Assembly (NCBI GenBank): GCA_965644495.1
Contig: CBFFSA010000050.1
Coordinates: 1-55,884 of the forward strand
DNA: 55,884 bases
From: Perkinsela sp. CCAP 1560/9
Lineage: Eukaryota; Protista; Euglenozoa: Kinetoplastea
Direction: 5' to 3'
The notes under the pieces were generated by a model. It was not told the DNA's origin and did not search any database. It saw only the letters and a list, made by a program, of their open reading frames with translations. This document shows, in pieces, positions 33,998 to 44,000 of this stretch; positions within the stretch are counted from its first letter, which is position 1, and every line of letters begins with the position of its first letter. Made by a program: the position numbers and the translations under genes.

Positions 33998-34435
33998 ATG
34001 TTGTCTTCAGACTTCTTCTCACATGAGTTTTTACAGGTCATGAGCTCAAACAGACGAAAACCACGAAGACAATTGTACAACACTCTCATGCGTTCTTTAA
34101 ATGACATTGAATTATTAGATAAGAATTGCAAGACTGCGCTAAACGATTTGAAGGTGCAATATCTTTTGAAGAAGAGGCGCATTAAAACGGCACAACAACT
34201 GAGCAGAGAAAACATGGAACTATATCTGAGACAAGAGGTAATGCGTAGTACTGGAAGGGGAAGAAAAGAACGAAACGGGAAAAACGACTGCCTTTCCATT
34301 GCGTATGACTCATATGTCGGACAGATGCTTGCCTCTCACGTACAGTGGCAAGAAAATTTTGAGAGAGAACAATACTTCAAGCTTGAGAATACGTGTTTTT
34401 CCTGTATCCAACAAAATTCAGATTTGAAATCATGA
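33998..34435 (+). CDS. Hypothetical protein
   Basis: 145-aa ORF on the host-gene strand, basic and helical; no family recognised. Confidence 0.45.
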   Translation: MLSSDFFSHEFLQVMSSNRRKPRRQLYNTLMRSLNDIELLDKNCKTALNDLKVQYLLKKRRIKTAQQLSRENMELYLRQEVMRSTGRGRKERNGKNDCLSIAYDSYVGQMLASHVQWQENFEREQYFKLENTCFSCIQQNSDLKS

Positions 34436-34754
34436 AGAGAATCTTTTCGTAATGTTTCAGCTGTAAATGATGAAAACGGGGAATCCAAAGCGCAAGTTTT
34501 AGTGGAAAAGTACTATCTACAGGTCTCTCCCCATTCATAGCATATCCTGTGCATAGAGCAAAAGTATGAACTGAGTTATCACGTAAAAGATCTTGCCTTT
34601 TTATACGTCCTTTGTATGTCCTTTTGAAACACTTTGATTACCGAAATTTGCTGTTTAGACGATTCTTGATTACCGTTTTTCTTGCACGTCGTAAGCGGTT
34701 TAAACCCTATTGATCGATGGATTAGAATTGACTACTGTCACCCCCCCTCACATA

Positions 34755-36198
34755 CAGGGGGGTAAATCAGATGCTGCGGGGGGTCTAAAAATTGCAAAAC
34801 CTTTCCAATTTTGGAAAATGATAGCGTATTCGAGAGCTCTCGAAGAGTTCTATGTTTTAGAAAAGGCAGTTTCCCGGGGTATAGGGGGGTGTTCAACTGA
34901 CAAGAAGCCCAAAAACGTCAAAATGCAAAAATGAGAAAGGTTTTAGACGACTAATAATTACAACTTTCTCCTTTTTTTTCTACTACTATGTCGAAACGCC
35001 GCGGCATGCTGTTTAAAGTGTTAATGAGCATGTCATGACCATCTGTTTTAATGTAATCAACCGCTCTTTCAATAGAAAACAAGAGTTCAGTCCTATTTTC
35101 TGGATTTGTACCATTTTTAATAAAGGCATCCATAATTTCCCAAATGTTTTCAATGGGGTTAATATCTGGGGATTTTGGGGGAAAGTCCAAAACAACGACT
35201 TCGTTTTCTTTAAAGGTTCTAAAACTGCCATTGTGGCAAGGAGCATTATCCATAGCAACCCGGGCCCCGCTATGACGCTTTGAGAAACTTTAAGAAACCC
35301 ATCCAAACGTTCACTCCATCCCCCCAAACCACTTTTGCGAAGCTTTTAGAGGTGGTTTCGGGGGGTCACTTGCTCTGCAAATGTACGAGCGGCTTTCCTG
35401 TCCAAGCTGGCAAGTGAATTTTTTTCGTCACACAAAATTATGTGACGAAGCTGTGCGACAGACCACTTCTGCATTTTCAATGCAAAGGTTAGTCGCTTGG
35501 CCTTATGAGATTCAGTTAAAAAAAGGCCTTTCGAAAAAGAACGTTGGATTATCCCTGCGTCCTTCAAAAAATTTACTACAGTTGGCCTGCTGCAGGTGAA
35601 ACCTCGTTTCCTGACATCTCGAAGTATAAAATTCCAGGAGGGACAACCGCGTGTGCTTGACGTGTTGGGCGTGTCAATAATCTCGTGGCACGCATCAAGA
35701 AGCCCGGGTGTCGCCACAGTGCGTTCGCGAGGGGGTGTGGAACGTTCAACGTCCCCGGTTTCCTCAAAGCGTTTCACCCACAACTTGACAGTGCTGTGGT
35801 GGACGCCTTCTCTTCGGCAAGTGGCACCATAGGAATTTGTATTCTCGTAATCTTTTACAAGAAGCATCCTATGTGAATATTTGGTGTGCCCAGGGGAGGA
35901 GTACGCCCTATCGGAGAGAGATCCTTTGTTCTGCATAGAACGGGATCGCTTTCGCGGCATAAAACTGAGGCGAAATGGAGAAAAAACGAAAAAATGAGAA
36001 AATTTGGGAAAAACTGCAAATTTTAGAAGGACAAAAAAACTTTTAAAAAAATGCCATAAACAAAATTGCTTTCTTTTGGGGTGAAAATAGCGCAAAAACA
36101 TAGAACTCTGCGAAAGCTCTCGAATGCGCTATCATTTTCCAAAATTTGAAGGGTTTTGCAATTTTTAGACCCCCCGCAGCATCTGATTTGCCCCCCTG
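34755..36198 (-). mobile_element. Tc1-like element (same family as 4475-6079) with an internal deletion
   Basis: ~105-bp TIRs CAGGGGGG(T/C)AAATCAGATGCTGCGGGGGG, TA TSD; inserted in the left TIR of the outer element. Confidence 0.92.
34951..35960 (-). pseudogene. Tc1 transposase (DD32E), frameshifted and internally deleted
   Basis: MPRKRSRS..., LCDEK, MDNAPCH...SPDINPIENIW. Confidence 0.88.
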
Positions 36199-36789
36199 TA
36201 TCCTCGCAAAAGTGGAAAAAAGCGGCCCAAAGCGGATACGTCACCTAGGAGCATAGCTGCAGGATTATTAATAATTCAGTTCGGTAATAATAATTATTAT
36301 TAATAGATTATTAATAAATTATTAATAAATTACTGTGCCCCCCCCACTTATTTGTCCTTTTCGACGAAGCCTAGTGGATTCGGCGCCGCATTCCATCCCT
36401 TATCACATCCCACATCCTCCTCGACCAGCAATTGCTCGACCAGAAATTTCTTAACATAACGTCACTTGTTCCAAACTCACTTGTATAGCGAGTGCATACC
36501 TGCTGGAAGCGAGTACAGCGAGTACGGTACTCCGAGTAATTACTCGCTGTACTTACTCGGGTGAGTACACGAGTACCGTACTCGCTTCATGTATGATACT
36601 ACTACCATAACCTTTTTTCTCTATCGCAAAGTTTTGACTATTGCAAAATTAAAGTGGGCTTGCTTCTGGGCGCAACCCAAAGTGGGGAAGTAAGGTCGGG
36701 ACCTCCTCGTGGTCTTCCCTGGCACTGCTATCTTACTGATGGTACTAACGCTGACCTAAGAAAATTCGTAAGCAGATATTTTTGAAGTA

Positions 36790-39778
36790 CACCCCTGTTC
36801 CACTTTTTTGCCCGCAATTGATTGAGCGCACCAGATGAGCTTTTCGAATAATGTTTTCAGCAAAGTACGTAGATGATTCGCCAGAGCGTGTAAAAAATGC
36901 GTTTTTCACCCCTTGTTTCAGCTGTGGTGACTGAGCAAAAAAGGTTCGTTTTTTCCACGTTTTTCAGTAACAAATTGCATTTTTTTTTGTTTTTTTAGGT
37001 TATTTTACCACAATTTATGTATACTTCTATCTTCCATTTCTCTTTTGAAATGTCCTCATTATTTATTCTATGAACAATACTGCGTTTTTAAGACTCCTTC
37101 GTTTTATTAATAATATTTCTTACTAGTAATGCACAATCGTCACCCAAGTTCTTTATCCCTTGAAGATTTAGTTCGCTCTGGCGAATTGATCCAACTTCAG
37201 AGCGGGAGATATTTTTTATGCGACCGAGATCAGGATGCGTTGCCTACCTTGACCCCTCCACTATCAGATTCTTTCATCTCCTCAGAGCTTCATCTTTCTG
37301 TTTCCTCTTCTTCGGTACCACCTGATACTCCTGTCGAGGGTGATTTAACATTCTTCGTTTCACCTGTGGTTGCTTCTCCTCCTGTCGGAAATCCTCCAGA
37401 CCTTCCTCTCTTAGCATCCGACTTTTCTGATACAGAAAGTGACGACGTATCTTGTACTTCCTCGATTGTTGAGGACAACTGGAGCGAAGAAAAGGGCGTC
37501 GAAGCGTATGCAGCTTCCCTAGGTCATATGAGGGAGGAAGGTGAATCTTTTGAATCATTCGTGACTAGGATGCAAAATTCGGAACCCCCTATGGAGCAAA
37601 CAGGGGAGAAAATGAACCTGATTGACCTCATTACGACTTCTCATGCAGCAGGAGTGGAAGTGAATCTTGTCGAGCACATCACGACTTCACATGGCGTTTT
37701 GCCGACGGAAACGGAAGAAAAATTGAGAGCCGAGTTGAGAGACAGTCGAGACCTTTGTCGGGTTAAAGCCAAAGAATGTACCTCTCTGAGAAAGAAAATC
37801 ACAGCGATGGAGAAAAAGCTCGTATCTTCTCAAAATGAACGAGCGGATATCGTGAAAATGATTAGTGAATTGCGTGAAAGGTGCAGCATCGCTGAAATTG
37901 AAAAAGACAAGGCTGTTCAGTTAAAAGAAGGAGTTACCCTGGAATGCGAGAAAAGAGCCGCTAAAGAAATTAAACTCCTAAATATCTTGAGCTACCTCCA
38001 GCAACGACCCGTCGAAGAAGCACCTTCTTCTGATGAAGGGGATTCAGTTATACGGCGTGGGCGTCCCTTAAAGCGCAAGCGTGGAAGAAAACCGCGAGAT
38101 ACCGATTCTCTACCAATCCTAGTCCACGGAAAAGGGGCGCTCAATGAGGAAGACAAATTTGCCTTCAAAAAGATTCAATCAACGGGACGAGTGCAACGTT
38201 GGGAGTTGGGCTACATGTTTTCTTTGGAGCGCACGACATGTCGGCGGCTCTGGAATTCTCCTCTCAAAGTTTCCACCGGAGAGGAGCAGGGTGAAAGCAA
38301 TTCCATTGTGAAATGGGAACACTACGATGCGGCTACTGACCTTTTGCCGCAAGCAATTTCTATGTACGGCTCGTACCGTACAATTACAGATATTCAATGC
38401 GCGTACGTGAAGCTGACAAACTTCAAGATCGTCCCTTCTCGCAAGAAGGTACGCCAATTATTATTGCACCATAAGTATCACTACGCACCGAAAGTTCATA
38501 CTCTTTGTCTGAGTGTATCAAAGATGGAAGCCCGAGTTCGCTTTGCACAAGAAATGCTGCAAGAGCAGGACAATCGAGACCAAAATTTTTTTTCGCGCCT
38601 AATTTTTTCTGACGAGGTTATGATACAGGCCGGTGACTCATCCAGAAAAACCTGGCAACACCCGGATTCCCCAGTATCCAAATCCCGCACGGACCATCCA
38701 CCTCAAATAATGTTATGGGGCGCTATGGATGTCGACGGGAATTTCCTCCATCACTGGTGTGAATTCAAATCTTTTTACGACGAATATACTCGAAACGGGG
38801 GTCAAGAAGAAATTCCTCCAAACAAAGGGCTCGGAACATTGTATTATCGAAGTTGCATTTTGCAAAAGACGTATCTTCCGTGGGAAAAGATAGGAAACAA
38901 AATTTTTATGGACGATAACGCGCCTGGGCACAAGGCCATACTAACAATCGCCTGGTGGAAATCTCATCCCCGGGTTGAGGCTCTGCGGCTTTGTAAAGAG
39001 GTGAAGAGTGCTCAGACTCTGCCGGATCTAAACCCAATAGAAAATCTCTGGAGTATTCTCAAGCTGTACAAGAATAAACATAGACCAAATACCGTGAGTG
39101 AAATAAGGGAAGTATGCGATCGATACTTGAAGTCTCCTGCTTGTCGGAAGGAATGTTATAAACTGCACCGTACTTTTAAAAAACGAATGGAAATGGTTAT
39201 TTTGTATGGAGGAAAGAAGATCCCTTACTGAAATACTACAGTGAATCTTTCATCCACTTTAGTATTTCGATAGAAATTATGCAATTTTCTGCAAGTTTTA
39301 GTTCAGAGGAACATGTTTAAGTATTTGCATCTCTGTGAAAACCGCGTCTGCCTTTGACAAAATTTTCAAAAAAAAAAAAATTCTTTTTCTTTTCGATGTT
39401 CTTCTTTCAGAGATGACACGTCTTTTGACAAGACACGAGCTTTGATGATGAAATCTCCCCCACCTAAACCAAAGAGGAGGCTCTCACACTCTCCCAGGAT
39501 GGCCTGCAGACTCCTCGGATCTGCCTTTCCTATCAAACCGAGTTATTTTACTTGAAGATGAGATTTTTTGAAAAGTTTCACAGGATTTTTTTCACTGCCC
39601 AGATGAGCAAATTCTCAGATTTTTGCCCTTCCTCCCACGTTTATCGCATGCTGTTTAACTATAGGCATATTTTTCCCTGGTAGGGCATCACCTAATTATG
39701 CCGAAAAACCACTCTTTAGACCCAAATAGAAACTTTTTTTTATCACATAATACCGGGCAAAACAGGGGAACGGGGGTG
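36790..39778 (+). mobile_element. Tc1/IS630-like element with intact long ORF (innermost layer)
   Basis: 25-bp TIRs CACCCC(T/C)GTTCC(A/C)CT(T/G)TTTTGCCCG, TA TSD. Confidence 0.85.
37129..39231 (+). CDS. 700-aa Tc1/IS630-like transposase (DD41E) with a long N-terminal extension
   Basis: IFSDE, IMLWGAM, FMDDNAPGH, PDLNPIENLW, YGGKKIPY; first ~330 aa acidic/Ser-Pro, coiled coil and RRGRP..RGRKP. Confidence 0.9.
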   Translation: MHNRHPSSLSLEDLVRSGELIQLQSGRYFLCDRDQDALPTLTPPLSDSFISSELHLSVSSSSVPPDTPVEGDLTFFVSPVVASPPVGNPPDLPLLASDFSDTESDDVSCTSSIVEDNWSEEKGVEAYAASLGHMREEGESFESFVTRMQNSEPPMEQTGEKMNLIDLITTSHAAGVEVNLVEHITTSHGVLPTETEEKLRAELRDSRDLCRVKAKECTSLRKKITAMEKKLVSSQNERADIVKMISELRERCSIAEIEKDKAVQLKEGVTLECEKRAAKEIKLLNILSYLQQRPVEEAPSSDEGDSVIRRGRPLKRKRGRKPRDTDSLPILVHGKGALNEEDKFAFKKIQSTGRVQRWELGYMFSLERTTCRRLWNSPLKVSTGEEQGESNSIVKWEHYDAATDLLPQAISMYGSYRTITDIQCAYVKLTNFKIVPSRKKVRQLLLHHKYHYAPKVHTLCLSVSKMEARVRFAQEMLQEQDNRDQNFFSRLIFSDEVMIQAGDSSRKTWQHPDSPVSKSRTDHPPQIMLWGAMDVDGNFLHHWCEFKSFYDEYTRNGGQEEIPPNKGLGTLYYRSCILQKTYLPWEKIGNKIFMDDNAPGHKAILTIAWWKSHPRVEALRLCKEVKSAQTLPDLNPIENLWSILKLYKNKHRPNTVSEIREVCDRYLKSPACRKECYKLHRTFKKRMEMVILYGGKKIPY

Positions 39779-41073
39779 TATGCAAGAACTGTAACCCCCC
39801 CACTTAATTGTGATAGCTCCACCCCCCCTACTTATTTGTCCTTTTTTCGAAAAAGGGGTGACAAATAAGTGGGGGGGGGCACAGTATTAATAAATTATTA
39901 TTGGGCTTTTACACTCAGATTTCTCGCCCTTAATTTTGTGTCAAACAATGTTTTCATGCCGAAAAGGACCATTGATGGGGATCTCCTTATGGAGTCGATG
40001 CTGATGCTTCGAGCATCATTATATGCACCTCAACCTACGCGGGAAGTAGGAGCCTACGCCTGACGCAGGTAAATGTGCTGTACCAACAACAACTCCTTGT
40101 GGAGTGCTGATATCGAGGGCCGGGAAATGCCAAACTCTGTATTTGTATGATGTGTCGCAACGAGAATGAGCTTTCTGGATCTCCTCGCGCTCTTCCCTGG
40201 TGCTGCCATCATACTGCTGCAAATGACGCCGACCATATGTCTACATGCGAGGGGCTCCTCATGTGTCACTCGCAGCCCCTCGTGTAAATGCATATTGAAT
40301 TATTAATAATATTAATAATTTGATTTTTTGAATAATAATAATTATTAATAATTATTATTACAAAAATTATTATTGTAGCTATGCCTAGGAGGACAAGTCA
40401 CATAGTACCGACTTCGAGTGTGATACCATACCCCCCCCGGTATGGTACGAGGTCACAGGTATGCTAAACTGGATCCCCGTTTAACTTAATTTGAGTAATG
40501 AAATGAATGTAAATAATCAATCTTAAATAAATAGTGATCTTTGTATTGTCATTGCCCCTGACTTGTCCTCGCTTTCGTATCTTGGTACTAGGTGACATAT
40601 CCTCTCATCGATTGTACAAAGAGGATATGTCACCTAGGAGGACAGGTGAGGGGGGGTGACGGTAAGTAAAATTACAATAAAAAGTCTACTTTCATTTGTT
40701 CTTTGACGAACTTGCATAAGTCGCAGCACAAGCCTGTATGAAAAATGTACAAGGAGTTGGGGGGGGCACGAAAACTGTTACACTTGCACAGCACCGGTGA
40801 CTGCTTGAAAAGAAGTCGTTTAACGAAACGACCAAAAAATTTTTACTACACTAATTAGTTATGTAGGAAAATACTACCAATTGAATCCAGGGTGCGAAAT
40901 AGGGAAGTTGCGGTGGTTGTATTATTCAGTTATTTAGGTTGTATTATTACATACAGTAGTCATATTACATACATTGTAGGCATACAATATAACTACCGCT
41001 CTACCCCTGCTTATTGAAATATAAGTGAAGAAAAACAGTTAAAACACAAGGAGGAATACCGTAATATGATGTA

Positions 41074-41385
41074 CAGTGTGGGGCTTTATTACGGGACGGG
41101 TTAATTAGGGGACACCGCCCCATCAAGGCCAAAGTGCCCCGTACTTAACCGTCCCTTAATTTTCCATTTTTTTCTGAGGCTCTACTATACCTTTTTCTTT
41201 CAATTATCTTCCTTTAATCATCTTACCTTATAAATACGTTTTAGAACCTAAAATCCTAAAAGAATTTGCCCTTTCTCTTGTCCCATTTCAAAGGTACGAC
41301 CCCACCCCCATATTGTCCCTTAAATACCCGTCCCGTCATTAACCCGTCCCGTAATTAACCCGTCCCATAATAACACCACGCACTG
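41074..41385. mobile_element. Tc1/pogo-type MITE
   Basis: TA|CAGTG(T/C)G..TTAT..GGGACGGGTTAATTA termini; TAACCCGTCCC repeats. Confidence 0.7.
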
Positions 41386-41794
41386 TAGATGGTAGCTAGA
41401 TGCACTGTAGATGGTAGCTTTTCATTTACGTCTTGTTGCACCATTGACCGTATGTTTTCAATGGGAGAAAGATCGGGAGAATTTGGGGCCAATTTTTTAG
41501 TAGATTAATTTTTCGTTTGTTCAGGTAATTTATGGTGGCCTTGGCCATATGAGAGGTGGCACCATCTTGAAATATTTTTTTGCGGGGGAAATAAACATGT
41601 TTTCATGTGTCTATGTATACTTCGTGGGTAATAGAGGCCCCGCTGGATTCTTAGAAATAATGGTGTCAATCCTTTTTTTTTACGAGAATTACGTTATTTT
41701 CTGTAGGGATTTTTTTAGACTTTTTTCATCTCAATTTTGGGATGATCACGGAGGTATTTTCTAATGTATTATTATAAATACGCTTTATACATGT

Positions 41795-41880
41795 GAGGGG
41801 CATCATCGTCATTATACATGTGAGTATGCATCATCGAACCCGCACCGAACCCGCGCCGAACCCGCGACCCGCAGCCCCTC
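41795..41880. mobile_element. Miniature GAGGGG-terminated remnant related to the 23568 element
   Basis: GAGGGGC ... CCCGCAGCCCCTC; right end is the reverse complement of 23568-23580; CGAACCCGC repeats. Confidence 0.55.
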
Positions 41881-42107
41881 ATGTGTATATACGCTATATA
41901 CAGTGGTGGGCACTGTTTATACTTTTCCCTCCGCCCACACTTTTGTTTTCTACTTTTGCTACTCCATGCTCAGCATGAGTGACTTCTAAGTTGAAGACAA
42001 CCGCCGAGTGTAACGTAGTGGCTAAAAAAGAATTTTAACATTACTGTTGCTGATGCAACAGGGAAAAACACGATCGTCCTATTAGTAGTCTTTTATACGT
42101 CTTTTAT

Positions 42108-43551
42108 ATGTCTTCTGTCATGTTTTCGACGCTCTGTCTTTTGTCCTCGTGTTGCGACGCAGCGGATGACTATAAGCGCAATGCAGTAGGGAACCGTCCG
42201 AGTAAAGTTCGGGGAGCGAACTTACCGCAGGAATATGAACTTGTACGATTTGTCGAGAACATTTCAAATTGGGATCCATCCTGGACTTCGTCGACACCTG
42301 CTTGCGATTGGACCGGCGTGAGCTGTTATAATTCACAAGTAAGGTATATTCGTTGGAGTTACAGGAAACTTGGGGGATCCTTGCAATGGAAATATTTATG
42401 CGACACAACACGCGAATTTAGGGCATGGCGAAACGAACTTACCGGAAGTGTACCACTCGATGTATTGCCATCCGAGATGAAGGCAATTGACATATCTAGC
42501 AACGGACTGTCAGGAAAAATGAATTTATCGCATTTACCTGACGCAATGGTGACACAGTTTCTGTACCTTGTTGGTACATTTTGCTAGCCCTTCCTTTCTT
42601 TTCCCGGAAACGGGCATATTCTTACTTTTAAATGCCCGTTTCCGGCTGACGGCTAGCTGGAACTGTCCCTCTTTGTCGCGGAAGTAGGGGACGCACTTCG
42701 TACTCTTCACCCCTCCCCGGCTCGCTCTCTTCGAGTGAGCTTTCTTCCCTCCCCGGCTCTCTCCTTCTCGTGCTTTCTTCTCCCGGGAGCTATGCGCCAT
42801 GGTGGCCTCCCTTGAGGACCACTGGGCGTGCTACAGCGGGAGGACACGTTGTATGCGTGTATAGGGGATGCGAACTTGCACCCCTCTCTCCCTACATGCT
42901 GTAGCGAGTGCGGCGGTAACGGACCTCCCCATGATGCATCATGATCCACGATAGACCATCTGACAGCATGAACCCACGGCTTGACCGTGTTGCAGCATGA
43001 ACCATGGCTATACGTGCTGTAGCATGACCGATGGGCGTCTCGTCTCCTACCTCGCACTCCACTCTCTGTGTGACACCCGTCGTATGCGGGTCATGCGCCG
43101 ATGGTATCGGCCGTCACACAGAGAGACGTATCTCTGCGCCACGAGCGTATGATCATGACCTTGAACAGTAACAAATTCGTTCAAAACGTGGATCTCTCCG
43201 AATTGCCTTCAACTTTGACACTTAGATATTCATTCAAATGAGCTTTCTGGGGAGGTTGTCCTTAGTCGCTTACCGAGGAGAATGGAAAATCTAAATATAG
43301 CGCAAAACTTTTTCACTGGACCACTTGACTTACAGCACCTACCCCCATCTCTCCACGCCTTCGAATGTCAGATAAACCTATTTAGTGGTCTGGTGTTGTT
43401 TGATTTTCTTCCAAAACACCTGCGTAGACTTCACTTAAATAGTAATACTGATTTGTATGGTGAATTCGACACGACTCTTCACCCTCAATCATTAAGAGCC
43501 TATGTGGGAGGCACCAATATAATAATGATTGATAATAAAATAGTAGTGTGA
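42108..43551 (+). pseudogene. Secreted/surface leucine-rich-repeat protein disrupted by a 600-bp insertion and a frameshift
   Basis: Signal-like N-terminus, ACDWTGVSC cap, LPxxMxxLxLxxNxLSG repeats; removing 42553-43152 restores LPDAMVIMTLNSNKF. Confidence 0.85.
42553..43152 (-). mobile_element. Structured non-coding insertion element (Helitron/HUH-like, non-autonomous)
   Basis: On - strand starts TCATACGCTCG and ends with hairpin TGTACC-AACAA-GGTACA + GAAACTGTG; inserted A|T; homologous to 48435-48917. Confidence 0.75.
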
Positions 43552-44000
43552 AAAAAAATGTTTATTTAAAAGAAATAAATTAGTAGTGTAGAAATTCTAG
43601 AATAGTGTGAATTTGTTTCTTTAGCGAAGTGTTTCTTAAATAGTTACGAGTTTTTTTATAATTTCTTTTTTCCGAGTTTTGTTTTTTGATTCCTTAAATT
43701 AAATAGCTTAGATTAACGAGCCAGTGCATGTGGCTGTCTCAATTTTGAAATCTAAAAAAAGAATACGTTAAGCTCTCTCTCTCTTCTCTACGTTAAGCTC
43801 TTTTGTATCTTGTGAAGCTCATTAAATTTACATTGCGATCATTTGTTACAAATGTAACAAGCTATTTAAGTAGAAGCTGTTTAAGTAGAATCTCTCAAGG
43901 GATTTGAGTCGCAAGTATTGATTGAGATGTTTTGGTGAACGAGTAGAGATTTTGTTCCAATCAAGCTAGCAACATTAACTGACCAAGGCAAGCTTATATC

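Larger units (their letters stand above)
36333..39884. mobile_element. pogo-like non-autonomous element
   Basis: TA|CTGTGCCCCCCCCACTTATTTGTC ... GACAAATAAGTGGGGGGGGGCACAG|TA. Confidence 0.85.
36252..40383. mobile_element. hAT/P-like element with 8-bp TSD
   Basis: TIR CATAGCT(G/A)CA followed by ATTATTAAT arrays; CCTAGGAG duplicated at 36244-36251 and 40384-40391. Confidence 0.75.
34735..40662. mobile_element. pogo-like element, outermost layer of the second nest
   Basis: TA|CTGTCACCCCCCCTCAC ... GTGAGGGGGGGTGACGG|TA; GTCACCTAGGAG recurs near both ends. Confidence 0.75.

Noticed and set aside
43062-43125. Hammerhead ribozyme in the three-way junction
   Set aside because: The CUGANGA and GAAA core nucleotides are absent from the junction on both strands
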